64,000 bases of DNA from NCBI GenBank assembly GCA_947494965.1, contig CANLWV010000003.1, positions 171,252-235,251 of the forward strand, written 5' to 3'. Below are positions 41,800 through 50,306 of this stretch, in pieces. The position numbers were made by a program, and so were the translations under genes. Numbering within the stretch: position 1 is the stretch's first letter; every line of letters starts with the position of its first letter. The notes beneath the pieces are model-generated. The model worked only from the letters and a program-made list of their open reading frames with translations, did not search any database and was not told the origin of the DNA. The stretch comes from an uncultured Salinicoccus sp. (GTDB taxonomy: Bacteria > Bacillota > Bacilli > Staphylococcales > Salinicoccaceae).

Positions 41800-42133
41800 T
41801 GCTCTTCCTCCTATCTCAATAGCATCTAATCTCTTTTGTTTCTATTCTCTCTATAATTCACGGTCAATGAAATCAATTTCTTCCATTTTAAACTCATTTG
41901 ATATTATTCGACATCTTAATTTTTAGTGTTACTATAATATAATTTTATCATTATATGCCTATATGTAGTACTGAAAATTTTGAATACTATAAATCTAGAT
42001 CCTGAAAGAACATAAAAACTCAAAGACTGTATTACTCAAATAATTGTAAGTATCTAAAACTAGTTCCAATATTTTCTAAAAATAGAGTATACTATGTGTA
42101 AATAAATACAAAATATGAAAGTAGGTTATGTGA

Positions 42134-43345
42134 TTGAAAAGACTCTTGACGATACTGATGATGCTTCTATTTCTAGTTGCGTGCGGCAATGGAGAAGCAT
42201 TTTCAGAAGATGCGAACATTGCTAATGTCAATGAAAGTACAACTAATCTTGAAGAAGAAAATGAAGAACTTAAGCGCAAGAAATTAGAAAAAGAAAATGA
42301 AGAGTTGCGTAAAGAACTTGAAGAACAAGAAGAAGAGGGAAATGAAGAAAGCGATAAAGATATTAAGTCAAAATCATCTAAAGAGTCTAACTCCGTTTCA
42401 AAAAATTTGAGTGACGATACTAAAATAGATGAAAATAGAACAGCTCTTTATTTTGATATCAATTCCTCTGAGGTGAAATCTCAATTACTTGAAACCACCA
42501 CTGGTAATGCCGATGGTACATTTGTACAAGATGCCATTACTCCAGGTATGTCACAAACGGATGTAGAAGAAAAATACGGTTCTTACGATTTCACACTCTA
42601 TGCTAGCGGCGCTTCCCCCGCTTTTTATGGGAATCTGGCAGTAGTATATGATCATCATATCCCATTTGGCCCTGGCGATGATGGGTCTGATAATACAATT
42701 GACCCAGATTATAATTATGTAGAGTCTGTCTACTATTATGCAGGCGTTTCAAAAAGTGAATTGTATGAAGCATTGGGGGAACCAGAACATTATGATGGGG
42801 GTGCAAAGACACATAACGGGCTTCCATATTATAATTATGAAGGAAAAGGGGAAGACGGCCGATATTATAGTACAGGAGCTACCACTATTGGTACATCTAA
42901 CGGTCAAGTAATCGGTATAATTAAACGTGATTTGCTTAAAAACAATCCCAATGCCGAAGATACTGAAAATAAAGAAATAAGTACTGATGACTTCGTAATA
43001 TATGAAGGTCTCATCAATGAGTATCTATATCGGTTAACTGCCTACTATAATTACACTTTAAATGATGATAAAGATGATATTTTTTATTATCTCAAAGAAG
43101 GCACACCAGCTTATGATAAAATCCTGTCAAATAAGTCGAGTGGACATTATAAAGATCATACTACTTATGAAGTCACTTTAAATGATATTACTGATGGAGA
43201 CGATGGAACAGTAGTTTTAACCGCCTCCAGAGTCTATTCTCATGCCAGCTCAAATGGCAAACGGGTTTCTACTGTCGACTACACTATGAATAAAGAGACC
43301 TTTGCAATTATTGACTACAAGCAGATTAGCGACACTAGCTATTAA
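42134..43345 (+). CDS. lipoprotein with E/K-rich coiled-coil linker
   Basis: TTG start. Signal plus lipobox LFLVAC, an EENEELKRKKLEKENEELRKELEEQEEE stretch, and an unrecognised C-terminal domain. Confidence 0.6.
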   Translation: MKRLLTILMMLLFLVACGNGEAFSEDANIANVNESTTNLEEENEELKRKKLEKENEELRKELEEQEEEGNEESDKDIKSKSSKESNSVSKNLSDDTKIDENRTALYFDINSSEVKSQLLETTTGNADGTFVQDAITPGMSQTDVEEKYGSYDFTLYASGASPAFYGNLAVVYDHHIPFGPGDDGSDNTIDPDYNYVESVYYYAGVSKSELYEALGEPEHYDGGAKTHNGLPYYNYEGKGEDGRYYSTGATTIGTSNGQVIGIIKRDLLKNNPNAEDTENKEISTDDFVIYEGLINEYLYRLTAYYNYTLNDDKDDIFYYLKEGTPAYDKILSNKSSGHYKDHTTYEVTLNDITDGDDGTVVLTASRVYSHASSNGKRVSTVDYTMNKETFAIIDYKQISDTSY

Positions 43346-43350
43346 TAGTA

Positions 43351-43392
43351 AAAACAGAGCTATAGCAAAAGTATGCTATAGCTCTGTTTTTT
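43351..43392 (+). terminator. rho-independent terminator
   Basis: aaaacagagctatagc / gctatagctctgtttttt. Confidence 0.85.
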
Positions 43393-43702
43393 GATCATCG
43401 TACTATATTCTTGAATATTATTTCCTCTCTAGGAAAAAGAAGATATTACAAAAATTTATCGCAGTTATTTACATACTGCGATAGTCATATTACTGGAACA
43501 TGAATTGAATTGTCTGTTTCTTCAACTATAAAAATTATGACTGCAAGAAGTCCAATATCGAAAATCGAAAAACGGCGTCTATCCCATCCTCTATCGACTC
43601 CTCTCAAGTCATTAAAGAACTGATTAACCTTGGGAAAATATTGATGATATACATAAAAAGGGGATGAATCTTGAAACGCCACCTCCGTATAGTCTGATGA
43701 TA

Positions 43703-44407
43703 TTACTTATCTCTGCTTAAGTAGCGTGTTACTTTATTTTTAAACCCCTCAAAGCTATTTCCCTTTCTTCCATAGTACATAAAATGTCTACAAACAAATA
43801 CCATCCCTTTTTTATCACTATTCTCATATGTGAATTCAAGAAATGATTCCTTACTGTTTTCTAAATCTTTTATGGGTTGATTAAGTGGGGGGTGATTATC
43901 GATGAGACCATTATTACTAAGTACATTAACCAAATACTTCAAACTGGTTTTACTATATACAATGATTACTTCTGGTGAGTGTCTCATCCAGACTTTGTAA
44001 AATACATTTAGTGCATAATCTATCACTTTTGGATCAACGTTTTTTAATTCTTTTATATTTTTTGTTGGATAGGGGATGACATTCGTTTCGAGTATTGCTG
44101 CGCCCGTTAACGCTTCGATTTCATCTACAAAATTATTTATACCAAGCCGCGTACGCGATATCTTCGTTTTACCAGTCTTCTCACGTATTCTATTATATTC
44201 TTGATAAAATGCATCATAATCCATCAATAGATCCACATATTCATCAATGTTTATTTCATTTTCATAAATTGGCGTAGCCGGGTTCACACCTACTAGGAAA
44301 ACATTATAATCTCTTGGTTTCTTTCGAATAACATATGGTCGATAATAGGGATGCATAGAGTCGCCTTCATAAGGTTTGATTAGTTGTTTTAATTCTTCTC
44401 TTTTCAT
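43703..44407 (-). CDS. hypothetical protein (weak UDG-superfamily-like N-terminal motif)
   Basis: 234 aa. FLVGVNPATP resembles the G-x-NP-G/S motif of MUG/DUF1643-type UDG-fold proteins. This is resemblance only. Confidence 0.45.
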   Translation of the reverse strand: MKREELKQLIKPYEGDSMHPYYRPYVIRKKPRDYNVFLVGVNPATPIYENEINIDEYVDLLMDYDAFYQEYNRIREKTGKTKISRTRLGINNFVDEIEALTGAAILETNVIPYPTKNIKELKNVDPKVIDYALNVFYKVWMRHSPEVIIVYSKTSLKYLVNVLSNNGLIDNHPPLNQPIKDLENSKESFLEFTYENSDKKGMVFVCRHFMYYGRKGNSFEGFKNKVTRYLSRDK

Positions 44408-44642
44408 ATTCCCTATCCCCTTTATGGAAATATTTTTGAACTACAGGGCGAGAAATCACTGACTAGCTTTTTTTGACAAACGAAAATTAAAGAAAGAGAG
44501 ATTAATTACAGCAATTTGCATAAAAAATACTACAAAATATACATATTTAAATTATTGGAAGCTCTTGATAGATTAGTAAAACGATAATTATTGTATAGTT
44601 TTAAATGTATTATATGCACATTGAATTATCCTATAACACGTA

Positions 44643-44660
44643 TTATTTATGATAACTTTC
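44643..44660 (-). repeat. SCC integration-site-like 18-mer (ISS1)
   Basis: Reverse complement is GAAAGTTATCATAAATAA. It shares the TAACACG 7-mer 2 nt to its left with ISS3 and ISS4. Confidence 0.5.
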
Positions 44661-44807
44661 GGGTATCGTTTTTCTATGCGAACGTTTAGTAATTTGATTG
44701 AATCTCATTCTTAGTTTTCAATACATAAACAAGAATAATCCCACTAAAGTAATGTACTCTAGCAGGATTAAAAACAACATTCATATTATGATAATCTGGA
44801 AAATAGG

Positions 44808-45240
44808 TTACCAACCAGTGTTGTCCTCAGTCATCCATTTCGATAACTCAACTGTATTTTCTAAACTCTTATATCCATCTTGATCTAGAATAACTTCTTC
44901 ATTTTCAAATAATTTTTCTACTGTAAGATTTTTATCCCAGTAGCCTTTGTTGGAACCAAAGAAGTTCTCAGCGACTCTTCCTGCTGCCACTTCGAAAATT
45001 TTACCATTATATTGATTATCTTTGTGAAATAACCACAAAACAGCAGGTGAAACCCGTTCAGCTCCAATTCGTTCTCCCTGACGCTTCCTTCTTCGTTTTC
45101 CATACTTCCAGACAATGCTGTGAAAGCACCAAACGCCAACATATTTACCGTAATACCACGCTCCAATCCTTTAGCTGCCAATGTTTTACCTAAAACAAGT
45201 ACCGTTGATTTAGAGGCCGCATCATGACTTATCAAAGGTT
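44808..45240 (-). pseudogene. 5'-truncated, frameshifted SDR (MFE-2-type dehydrogenase-like) remnant
   Basis: Two overlapping minus-strand ORFs in different frames join into one SDR C-terminal half (AASKSTVLVLGKTLAAKG...NMLA, then WLFHKDNQYNGKIFEVAAG). The Rossmann half is absent and the catalytic Tyr position reads Asp. Confidence 0.6.
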
Positions 45241-45673
45241 GACTGATGAATGAGTAAGAGGAGAGGTTTATATTATAATTCTAGGTCTCTAGCTTTGTTT
45301 TCTCCTTCAATCAGCCTATCAATAATACCTTCACAGATTTCCTTATGTTCCTATATAATATCTAGACTCTTGAAGGATTGAAAAACGTAAAGGCAGTTAA
45401 ATATCACATTACCTTTCCTTAAATTAATGTTTATGTTAAGTTTTTTACATAACATACTCGTGCTAGAAAATGATGAAATTATCATTTGTGTTATGAGTTG
45501 TGATGCTGATAACTATTACCTATACAATGAAATGACGGGTTATAGTAATAATGAGCAATGCTTTTATAAAACATGGAATAAGACGATCCCTCGGTACTAT
45601 ACGTGATAAACAGCACTCATTCTATAATTTATTAGATCAAATATCAGAATAAGATATATTTTCTTAAATAATT

Positions 45674-45837
45674 TTAGGGGCTGGGACAAAACCATTCCCT
45701 TCAAAAATAAGCCGGACGTTAGCTTTTCTGGGGTATCTGTGTGCCTATAGTCTCACGCAGATGCTATTTCCTAGAAGTCTAACATCCGGCTATCTATTAT
45801 TTTTCTATATCTTCAAGACTTTTGTCCCATCCCCTAA
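45674..45837. repeat. about 164-nt long imperfect hairpin (MITE- or sRNA-like palindromic element)
   Basis: Arms ttaggggctgggacaaaa / ttttgtcccatcccctaa, gccggacgttagcttttctgg / cctagaagtctaacatccggc and atctgtgtg / cacgcagat pair around a loop at about 45745-45755. Confidence 0.6.
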
Positions 45838-45903
45838 TTTTTTGCATGCTTTATCTCACTGTCTCCTAGTTACATATTCACTTTAAGTATTATAGAATTG
45901 TAG

Positions 45904-46281
45904 TTAATAGATATAGTAGAAGAGAAATTATGGCAAGCCGCTGATAAACTCAGAGGAAGAATGGATGCCTCAGAATATAAAAGTGTGGTTCTTGGATTAA
46001 TCTTCTTAAAGTATGTCTCAGATGCATTTGAAGAGAAAAATGCTGAACTGATTCAAGATGAACATATGGCAGAGAATATTTTCTGGGTGCCAAAAGAAGC
46101 ACGCTGGACATATATCAATGAAAACTCTAAGAAACCTGAAATCGTTCAACTGATTTCTAACGGTGTGAAAAAACACAATAAAGCAGCAATCATGGTGACA
46201 CACGATGAACGTATGCTTGAATACTGTGACCGCGTGTTCCAAATGAACGACGGTAAGCTTGAACAAGTGATAGATTATTAA
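45904..46281 (+). pseudogene. chimeric remnant: type I R-M HsdM N-terminal fragment fused to an ABC-ATPase C-terminal fragment
   Basis: LWQAADKLRGRMDASEYKSVVLGLIFLKYVSDAFEE...NIFWVPKEARW is the HsdM N-terminus. After about nt 46140 the frame reads AAIMVTHDERMLEYCDRVFQMNDGKL, an ABC H-loop/C-terminus. An in-frame stop lies at 45901. Confidence 0.65.
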
Positions 46282-46287
46282 AATATT

Positions 46288-46323
46288 AACTCTGCTACAG
46301 ACAAAATGTAGCAGAGTTTTTTT
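46288..46323 (+). terminator. rho-independent terminator
   Basis: aactctgctaca / tgtagcagagtt plus T run. Confidence 0.8.
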
Positions 46324-46447
46324 GTAAATCTATATACATATACGGGGTATATTCATTGAATAAAACGCTATATACGATACAATATATATAAGAAGATTTT
46401 TATTTTTCAGACAGCCTTAAGGAAATCTAAGCGGAAGGATTTTTATC

Positions 46448-48280
46448 ATGTTCAACTACTTATTTACAAACAGGCAGGGACAGTTTCTCGTTGCAGGGAT
46501 TATCTCTATAATTCTCGGATTTGCGTTGATGCCGGTAGAGGGTATCTACAGTACCATTACATTTTACATTGCAATTTTCTTCCTCGGTTTCTATGCATCT
46601 AAAAATGCGGTCATCGAGACAATTAGAGAACGTTCACCAAACGTTGACTTACTGATGATTCTTGCTGCCATTGGTGCAGTCATCATCAATTATGAGTCAG
46701 AAGGTGCACTGTTACTTCTAATCTTTGCGGGTGCTGAAGTGCTTGAGAACTACGCGACGAGTAAATCCACAAAAGCCATTTCTGAACTGATGTCCCACCT
46801 TCCTTCAACAGCAAGTAGAATCGGGGCTGATGGAGAAATTACGGAAGTTCCTACAGAAGAACTGATCCAAGGCGATATCGTCCTTGTTGCTAAAGGGGAA
46901 CAAATCCCAATCGATGGACAGGCAGACCGTCAAGTATCGGTCAACGAAGCAGCGCTGACAGGGGAATCTGTTCCGGTTGTAAAAGAAAAGGAAGAAGAAG
47001 TATTTGCCGGTACGGTAAACGATGGCAACTCGTTTAGATTAACTGTAACGAAAACGAGTGATGATACAATCTTCTCGAATATCGTGCGTATGGTTGAAGA
47101 AGCACAACAAAGACCATCGAAACTATCGAAAACCATCGATCGAATTGAATCCAAATATGTAATCTCTGTTTTAATCGGGGTACCGGTGTTTATCGCTATC
47201 CTTTACTTCTTTAATAATTTAGGATTTGAAGAATCATTCTACCGTGGAATGGTCATGCTGACAGTAGCAAGCCCGTGTGCGCTCGTTGCATCGGCAACAC
47301 TAGCGACACTGAGTGCGATTAGTAACGGTGCGAAAAACGGTATTCTGTTTAAAGGCGGTGCCGCGATGGAGGCACTGAGCACGATGGACATTCTATATAG
47401 TGATAAGACAGGAACACTCACATACGGTGACTTCGTCGTTGAAGAATATGCAGCGGATGAAGATACATTAAAAGAAGTGGTAACGATTGAACAACACTCG
47501 AGTCACCCGATCGCAGAAGCGATTGTGAAGAAGTTTAAAACTTTAGATTTAGATAGTGTCGATCACAGTGAACCAGTAGAAGAAATCGTCGGCAGCGGAA
47601 TGAAGAAAGGCGATATCATCGTCGGTAAACCCGATTCATTTAAAGACTACACAGACCCATCGAACTACAGAGATCAAATCATTGCTGGAAATACGAATAT
47701 CTTTGTCGGAGAGAGTGGACAAATTACTGGATTCTTCTCGCTGGCAGACCAAGTCCGTGATGAAGCAGTACATGCCGTTGAAAACTTCCAAAACTCTGAC
47801 ATTGAAGTCGTACTCTTAACAGGAGATAATGAAACTGTTGCAGAAAAAGTTGCTGGAGAAGTGGGCATTACAGACTACACCGCATCATGTCTCCCTGAGG
47901 ACAAAGTACGCTTTGTAAATGAAAGTCAGAAGAAGAGTAAGATTGTCGGAATGATCGGAGATGGAATCAACGACGCACCCGCACTGGCAAACGCTGATAT
48001 CGGTATTGCAATGGGAAGCGGATCATCCGTTGCGATGGAATCATCAGACGTCGTAATCGTTAAAAACAACTTACAAAAACTATTCTATAGTTTCATGTTA
48101 AGTAATCGACTCAATCGCATTATTTTAGCAAATATTATCTTCTCTATTAGTGTGATTGTTATACTTGTATTATTAAATATATTCGGACTCCTAAATCTAC
48201 CAACAGCAGTGCTCTTCCACGAAGGATCAACGATACTCGTTATCCTAAACGGATTAAGACTGTTAAGAGCGAAAGAATAG
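46448..48280 (+). CDS. heavy-metal P-type ATPase, P1B-4-like (no N-terminal metal-binding domain)
   Basis: TGES (LTGESVPV), DKTGT, GDGINDAP, a TM SPC motif (ASPCALV) and HEGST in the last TM segment. 610 aa with a short N-terminus. Confidence 0.85.
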   Translation: MFNYLFTNRQGQFLVAGIISIILGFALMPVEGIYSTITFYIAIFFLGFYASKNAVIETIRERSPNVDLLMILAAIGAVIINYESEGALLLLIFAGAEVLENYATSKSTKAISELMSHLPSTASRIGADGEITEVPTEELIQGDIVLVAKGEQIPIDGQADRQVSVNEAALTGESVPVVKEKEEEVFAGTVNDGNSFRLTVTKTSDDTIFSNIVRMVEEAQQRPSKLSKTIDRIESKYVISVLIGVPVFIAILYFFNNLGFEESFYRGMVMLTVASPCALVASATLATLSAISNGAKNGILFKGGAAMEALSTMDILYSDKTGTLTYGDFVVEEYAADEDTLKEVVTIEQHSSHPIAEAIVKKFKTLDLDSVDHSEPVEEIVGSGMKKGDIIVGKPDSFKDYTDPSNYRDQIIAGNTNIFVGESGQITGFFSLADQVRDEAVHAVENFQNSDIEVVLLTGDNETVAEKVAGEVGITDYTASCLPEDKVRFVNESQKKSKIVGMIGDGINDAPALANADIGIAMGSGSSVAMESSDVVIVKNNLQKLFYSFMLSNRLNRIILANIIFSISVIVILVLLNIFGLLNLPTAVLFHEGSTILVILNGLRLLRAKE

Positions 48281-48311
48281 TATATTTATCTACTGTAAGA
48301 AGGAATACACC

Positions 48312-48626
48312 TTGTATAAATCAATATTGCTCGCTGCAGACGGTTCGGAAAACAGTCTGAGAGCAGCAGAAGGATCATTAAATTTCATCAATGAAGAAAC
48401 GACGGTGACAATATGTCTTAGACCCGTCCGATGCGAGAGATAATATACTACACAGTATGCCGAGTGGCAGTAATTCACACATTAAAATGACAAACTGGCG
48501 AAAATTATTGAAGTATATGAAATGAACAATATTCCTTACAAGATACAATATGAAAATGGAACGCCGAAAGAAAAAGTAATTAATGTGGCAAATCAAGGAG
48601 AAATTACGGTGTTGATAGTTAAATAA
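48312..48626 (+). pseudogene. universal stress protein (UspA-family) remnant, frame-disrupted and C-terminally truncated
   Basis: TTG-YKSILLAADGSENSLRAAE... stops after 43 codons. A downstream segment in another frame reads LAKIIEVYEMNNIPYKIQYENGTPKEKVINVANQGEITVLIV. Confidence 0.5.
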
Positions 48627-48631
48627 AGAGA

Positions 48632-48745
48632 GAACCACAAGTCAGCAAGCAGTTCCATCGATTGTTTCCGTTTTTCTGGATCATAAGTGTAAGTGACAAT
48701 AATCAATTCATCAGCACCTGTGTCTTTAGCAAATACTTCAAGCTT
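48632..48745 (-). pseudogene. C-terminal fragment of an LLM-class flavin oxidoreductase-like gene
   Basis: Minus-strand frame reads KLEVFAKDTGADELIIVTYTYDPEKRKQSMELLADLWF, with an in-frame stop immediately upstream. It lies tail-to-tail against the usp remnant. Confidence 0.4.
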
Positions 48746-48819
48746 TTAAGGAAATTAAATGAGACATAAAATAAAGGAAGCCATTTCTGGCTTCCTTTTA
48801 ATTTTAATTAAACTTCGCA

Positions 48820-48837
48820 TCACTTATGATAACCCTC
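48820..48837 (-). repeat. SCC integration-site-like 18-mer (ISS2)
   Basis: Reverse complement is GAGGGTTATCATAAGTGA followed by TGCGAAGTTT, close to the canonical SCC direct repeat plus flank as I recall it. Confidence 0.65.
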
Positions 48838-48875
48838 TGTGGTTAACACATGTGCGTATTGTGTCTTAACACGCA

Positions 48876-48893
48876 CTACTTGTGATACGCTTC
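48876..48893 (-). repeat. SCC integration-site-like 18-mer (ISS3)
   Basis: Reverse complement is GAAGCGTATCACAAGTAG followed by TGCGTGTTAAG. It lies 38 bp from ISS2. Confidence 0.7.
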
Positions 48894-48935
48894 AGCGTAT
48901 CGCCTCATGATGCGGTTTTACTCTTATGAGTGTAG

Positions 48936-50153
48936 TTAATTTCTGTAAGTTATAAAATCAAATCTCTCCATATTTGGAGAGCCATCTTCTAAATACATAC
49001 CAGAATTCTTAACGCCAAATGCATTAGCTAGGCTTGTAAGTAATGGGAATAACGCTGATTCAAAATTCATATCTTCTTTAATATATGCAGGAACAGAATG
49101 AACAATATTCCTATTGATTGGCTTATCGGGATATAAGTCAAAACCTAGGGATTGTTTCCCTTTAACATTCAGAAGTGTAGTAAAGACATAGTATGGTTTT
49201 TGGATTTGAACGTCTTTCATAACGTTTGATAGTGTATATATTTTGCTTGCTAATAACTTTTCGAATTCATACCAATCATATATATAATCTTTGCCATCAA
49301 CATCGTCAGTACGATTCATAAGTCGAACTTCAGTTATTTCAAGACTGCCATTATGAAATAATTGGGTATAGGAACTTGGTGCGTTACTAAATGACTCATA
49401 AAATATCATAAGACCATCCATATTATATACTGCATTGCCCCTGCGGTACCCGCCTCCCATTCCAGTTGGACTAAAAACATCTAACTTCTGATTCTGTTCT
49501 GCTTTTCTTAAATTCACATAATAATTCAATTTTGTACTCACTTCAGGAATAATGTGTATAACTAACACTGAATCATTATCCAAATCCTCAAATATTTCAT
49601 CGCCTAAAATCATGCTCAATCTTTCATTCTTAAAACTAATTATTTTATTTTCTGTTATATTCTTATCCTCGAATGCATTACGTAAGTCATCTAATAACAT
49701 CGGATTCGTCATATTACCATACCGTATAAAGAGCTCATCTTTACTCCCATTATTAATTGCATGTGGTTTATTTAAACTCTTTGGTACATCTATTTTAATA
49801 AGATTTACATTTTCTATCTGCTCAATGTAGCAATCAATTCCATAGATAACCGGTTTGATTTTACTACTTATATATTGTCTAAAAGATTGCTCCCAACTTT
49901 CAAAACTCTTTTGATCTATCCCTACATCTACTAAGGTTGAAGGGTCATGATTTTCATCTTCGGCAACACCCAAGATAACACTTCCTCCATTTGCATTAGC
50001 GAAAGAACTAATAACTTGTCCTAATTTTCTTTTTTTATTATCTTCAAGATTTTTGAATTGCCCATTATTAAATACATACTGTTTATATTCTAACTTCTGT
50101 CCCTCAGGTAATTTAAAATCCCATATTTCTTGTAATGTAACCATTATATCCAC
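48936..50153 (-). CDS. AlbA_2 (Schlafen-like) domain protein with uncharacterised C-terminal domain
   Basis: N-terminus fits the AlbA_2 pattern: KLEYKQ...VISSFANANGGSVILGVAED...NLIKIDVPKSLNKPH...LFIRYGN. I do not recognise the roughly 250-aa C-terminal half. Confidence 0.6.
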   Translation of the reverse strand: MDIMVTLQEIWDFKLPEGQKLEYKQYVFNNGQFKNLEDNKKRKLGQVISSFANANGGSVILGVAEDENHDPSTLVDVGIDQKSFESWEQSFRQYISSKIKPVIYGIDCYIEQIENVNLIKIDVPKSLNKPHAINNGSKDELFIRYGNMTNPMLLDDLRNAFEDKNITENKIISFKNERLSMILGDEIFEDLDNDSVLVIHIIPEVSTKLNYYVNLRKAEQNQKLDVFSPTGMGGGYRRGNAVYNMDGLMIFYESFSNAPSSYTQLFHNGSLEITEVRLMNRTDDVDGKDYIYDWYEFEKLLASKIYTLSNVMKDVQIQKPYYVFTTLLNVKGKQSLGFDLYPDKPINRNIVHSVPAYIKEDMNFESALFPLLTSLANAFGVKNSGMYLEDGSPNMERFDFITYRN

Positions 50154-50306
50154 CTCGTTGGCTATTTTTACTTTTTCAACAGTAAAGTTCAGATAAAATT
50201 TTATTTACTATATACGGGAATTCCAATGATTCTAGTGACGGGGATCAACGTATGTTTTCAATTAAGATTATTACATTATATAAATATATTTCATTGATAT
50301 TCACTT

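Larger units (their letters stand above)
44661..48819. mobile_element. ccr-less SCC-like cassette (pseudo-SCC) bounded by ISS1 and ISS2
   Basis: Flanked by same-orientation ISS-like repeats. Contains gene fragments plus one intact metal ATPase. Confidence 0.45.

Noticed and set aside
41894-41909. tcatttgatattattc, resembling a reverse-complemented ISS with 2 nt missing from the core
   Set aside because: The deletion falls in the central TATCATAA core and there is no flank motif. This is indistinguishable from chance in this AT-rich spacer, although it could be a dead site.
43485-43682. 65-aa minus-strand ORF with a hydrophobic C-terminus, just downstream of the 234-aa ORF
   Set aside because: The only start is a GTG that is part of the GGAGGTG Shine-Dalgarno-like string, so the spacing is zero. 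No family was recognised. A downstream 9-bp hairpin (43458-43484) keeps it possible, but the evidence is too weak to call.
45597-45614. Weak ISS-like 18-mer ctatacgtgataaacagc
   Set aside because: It is only about 11 of 18 identical to ISS3, and the conserved TTC end and TAACAC flank are missing.
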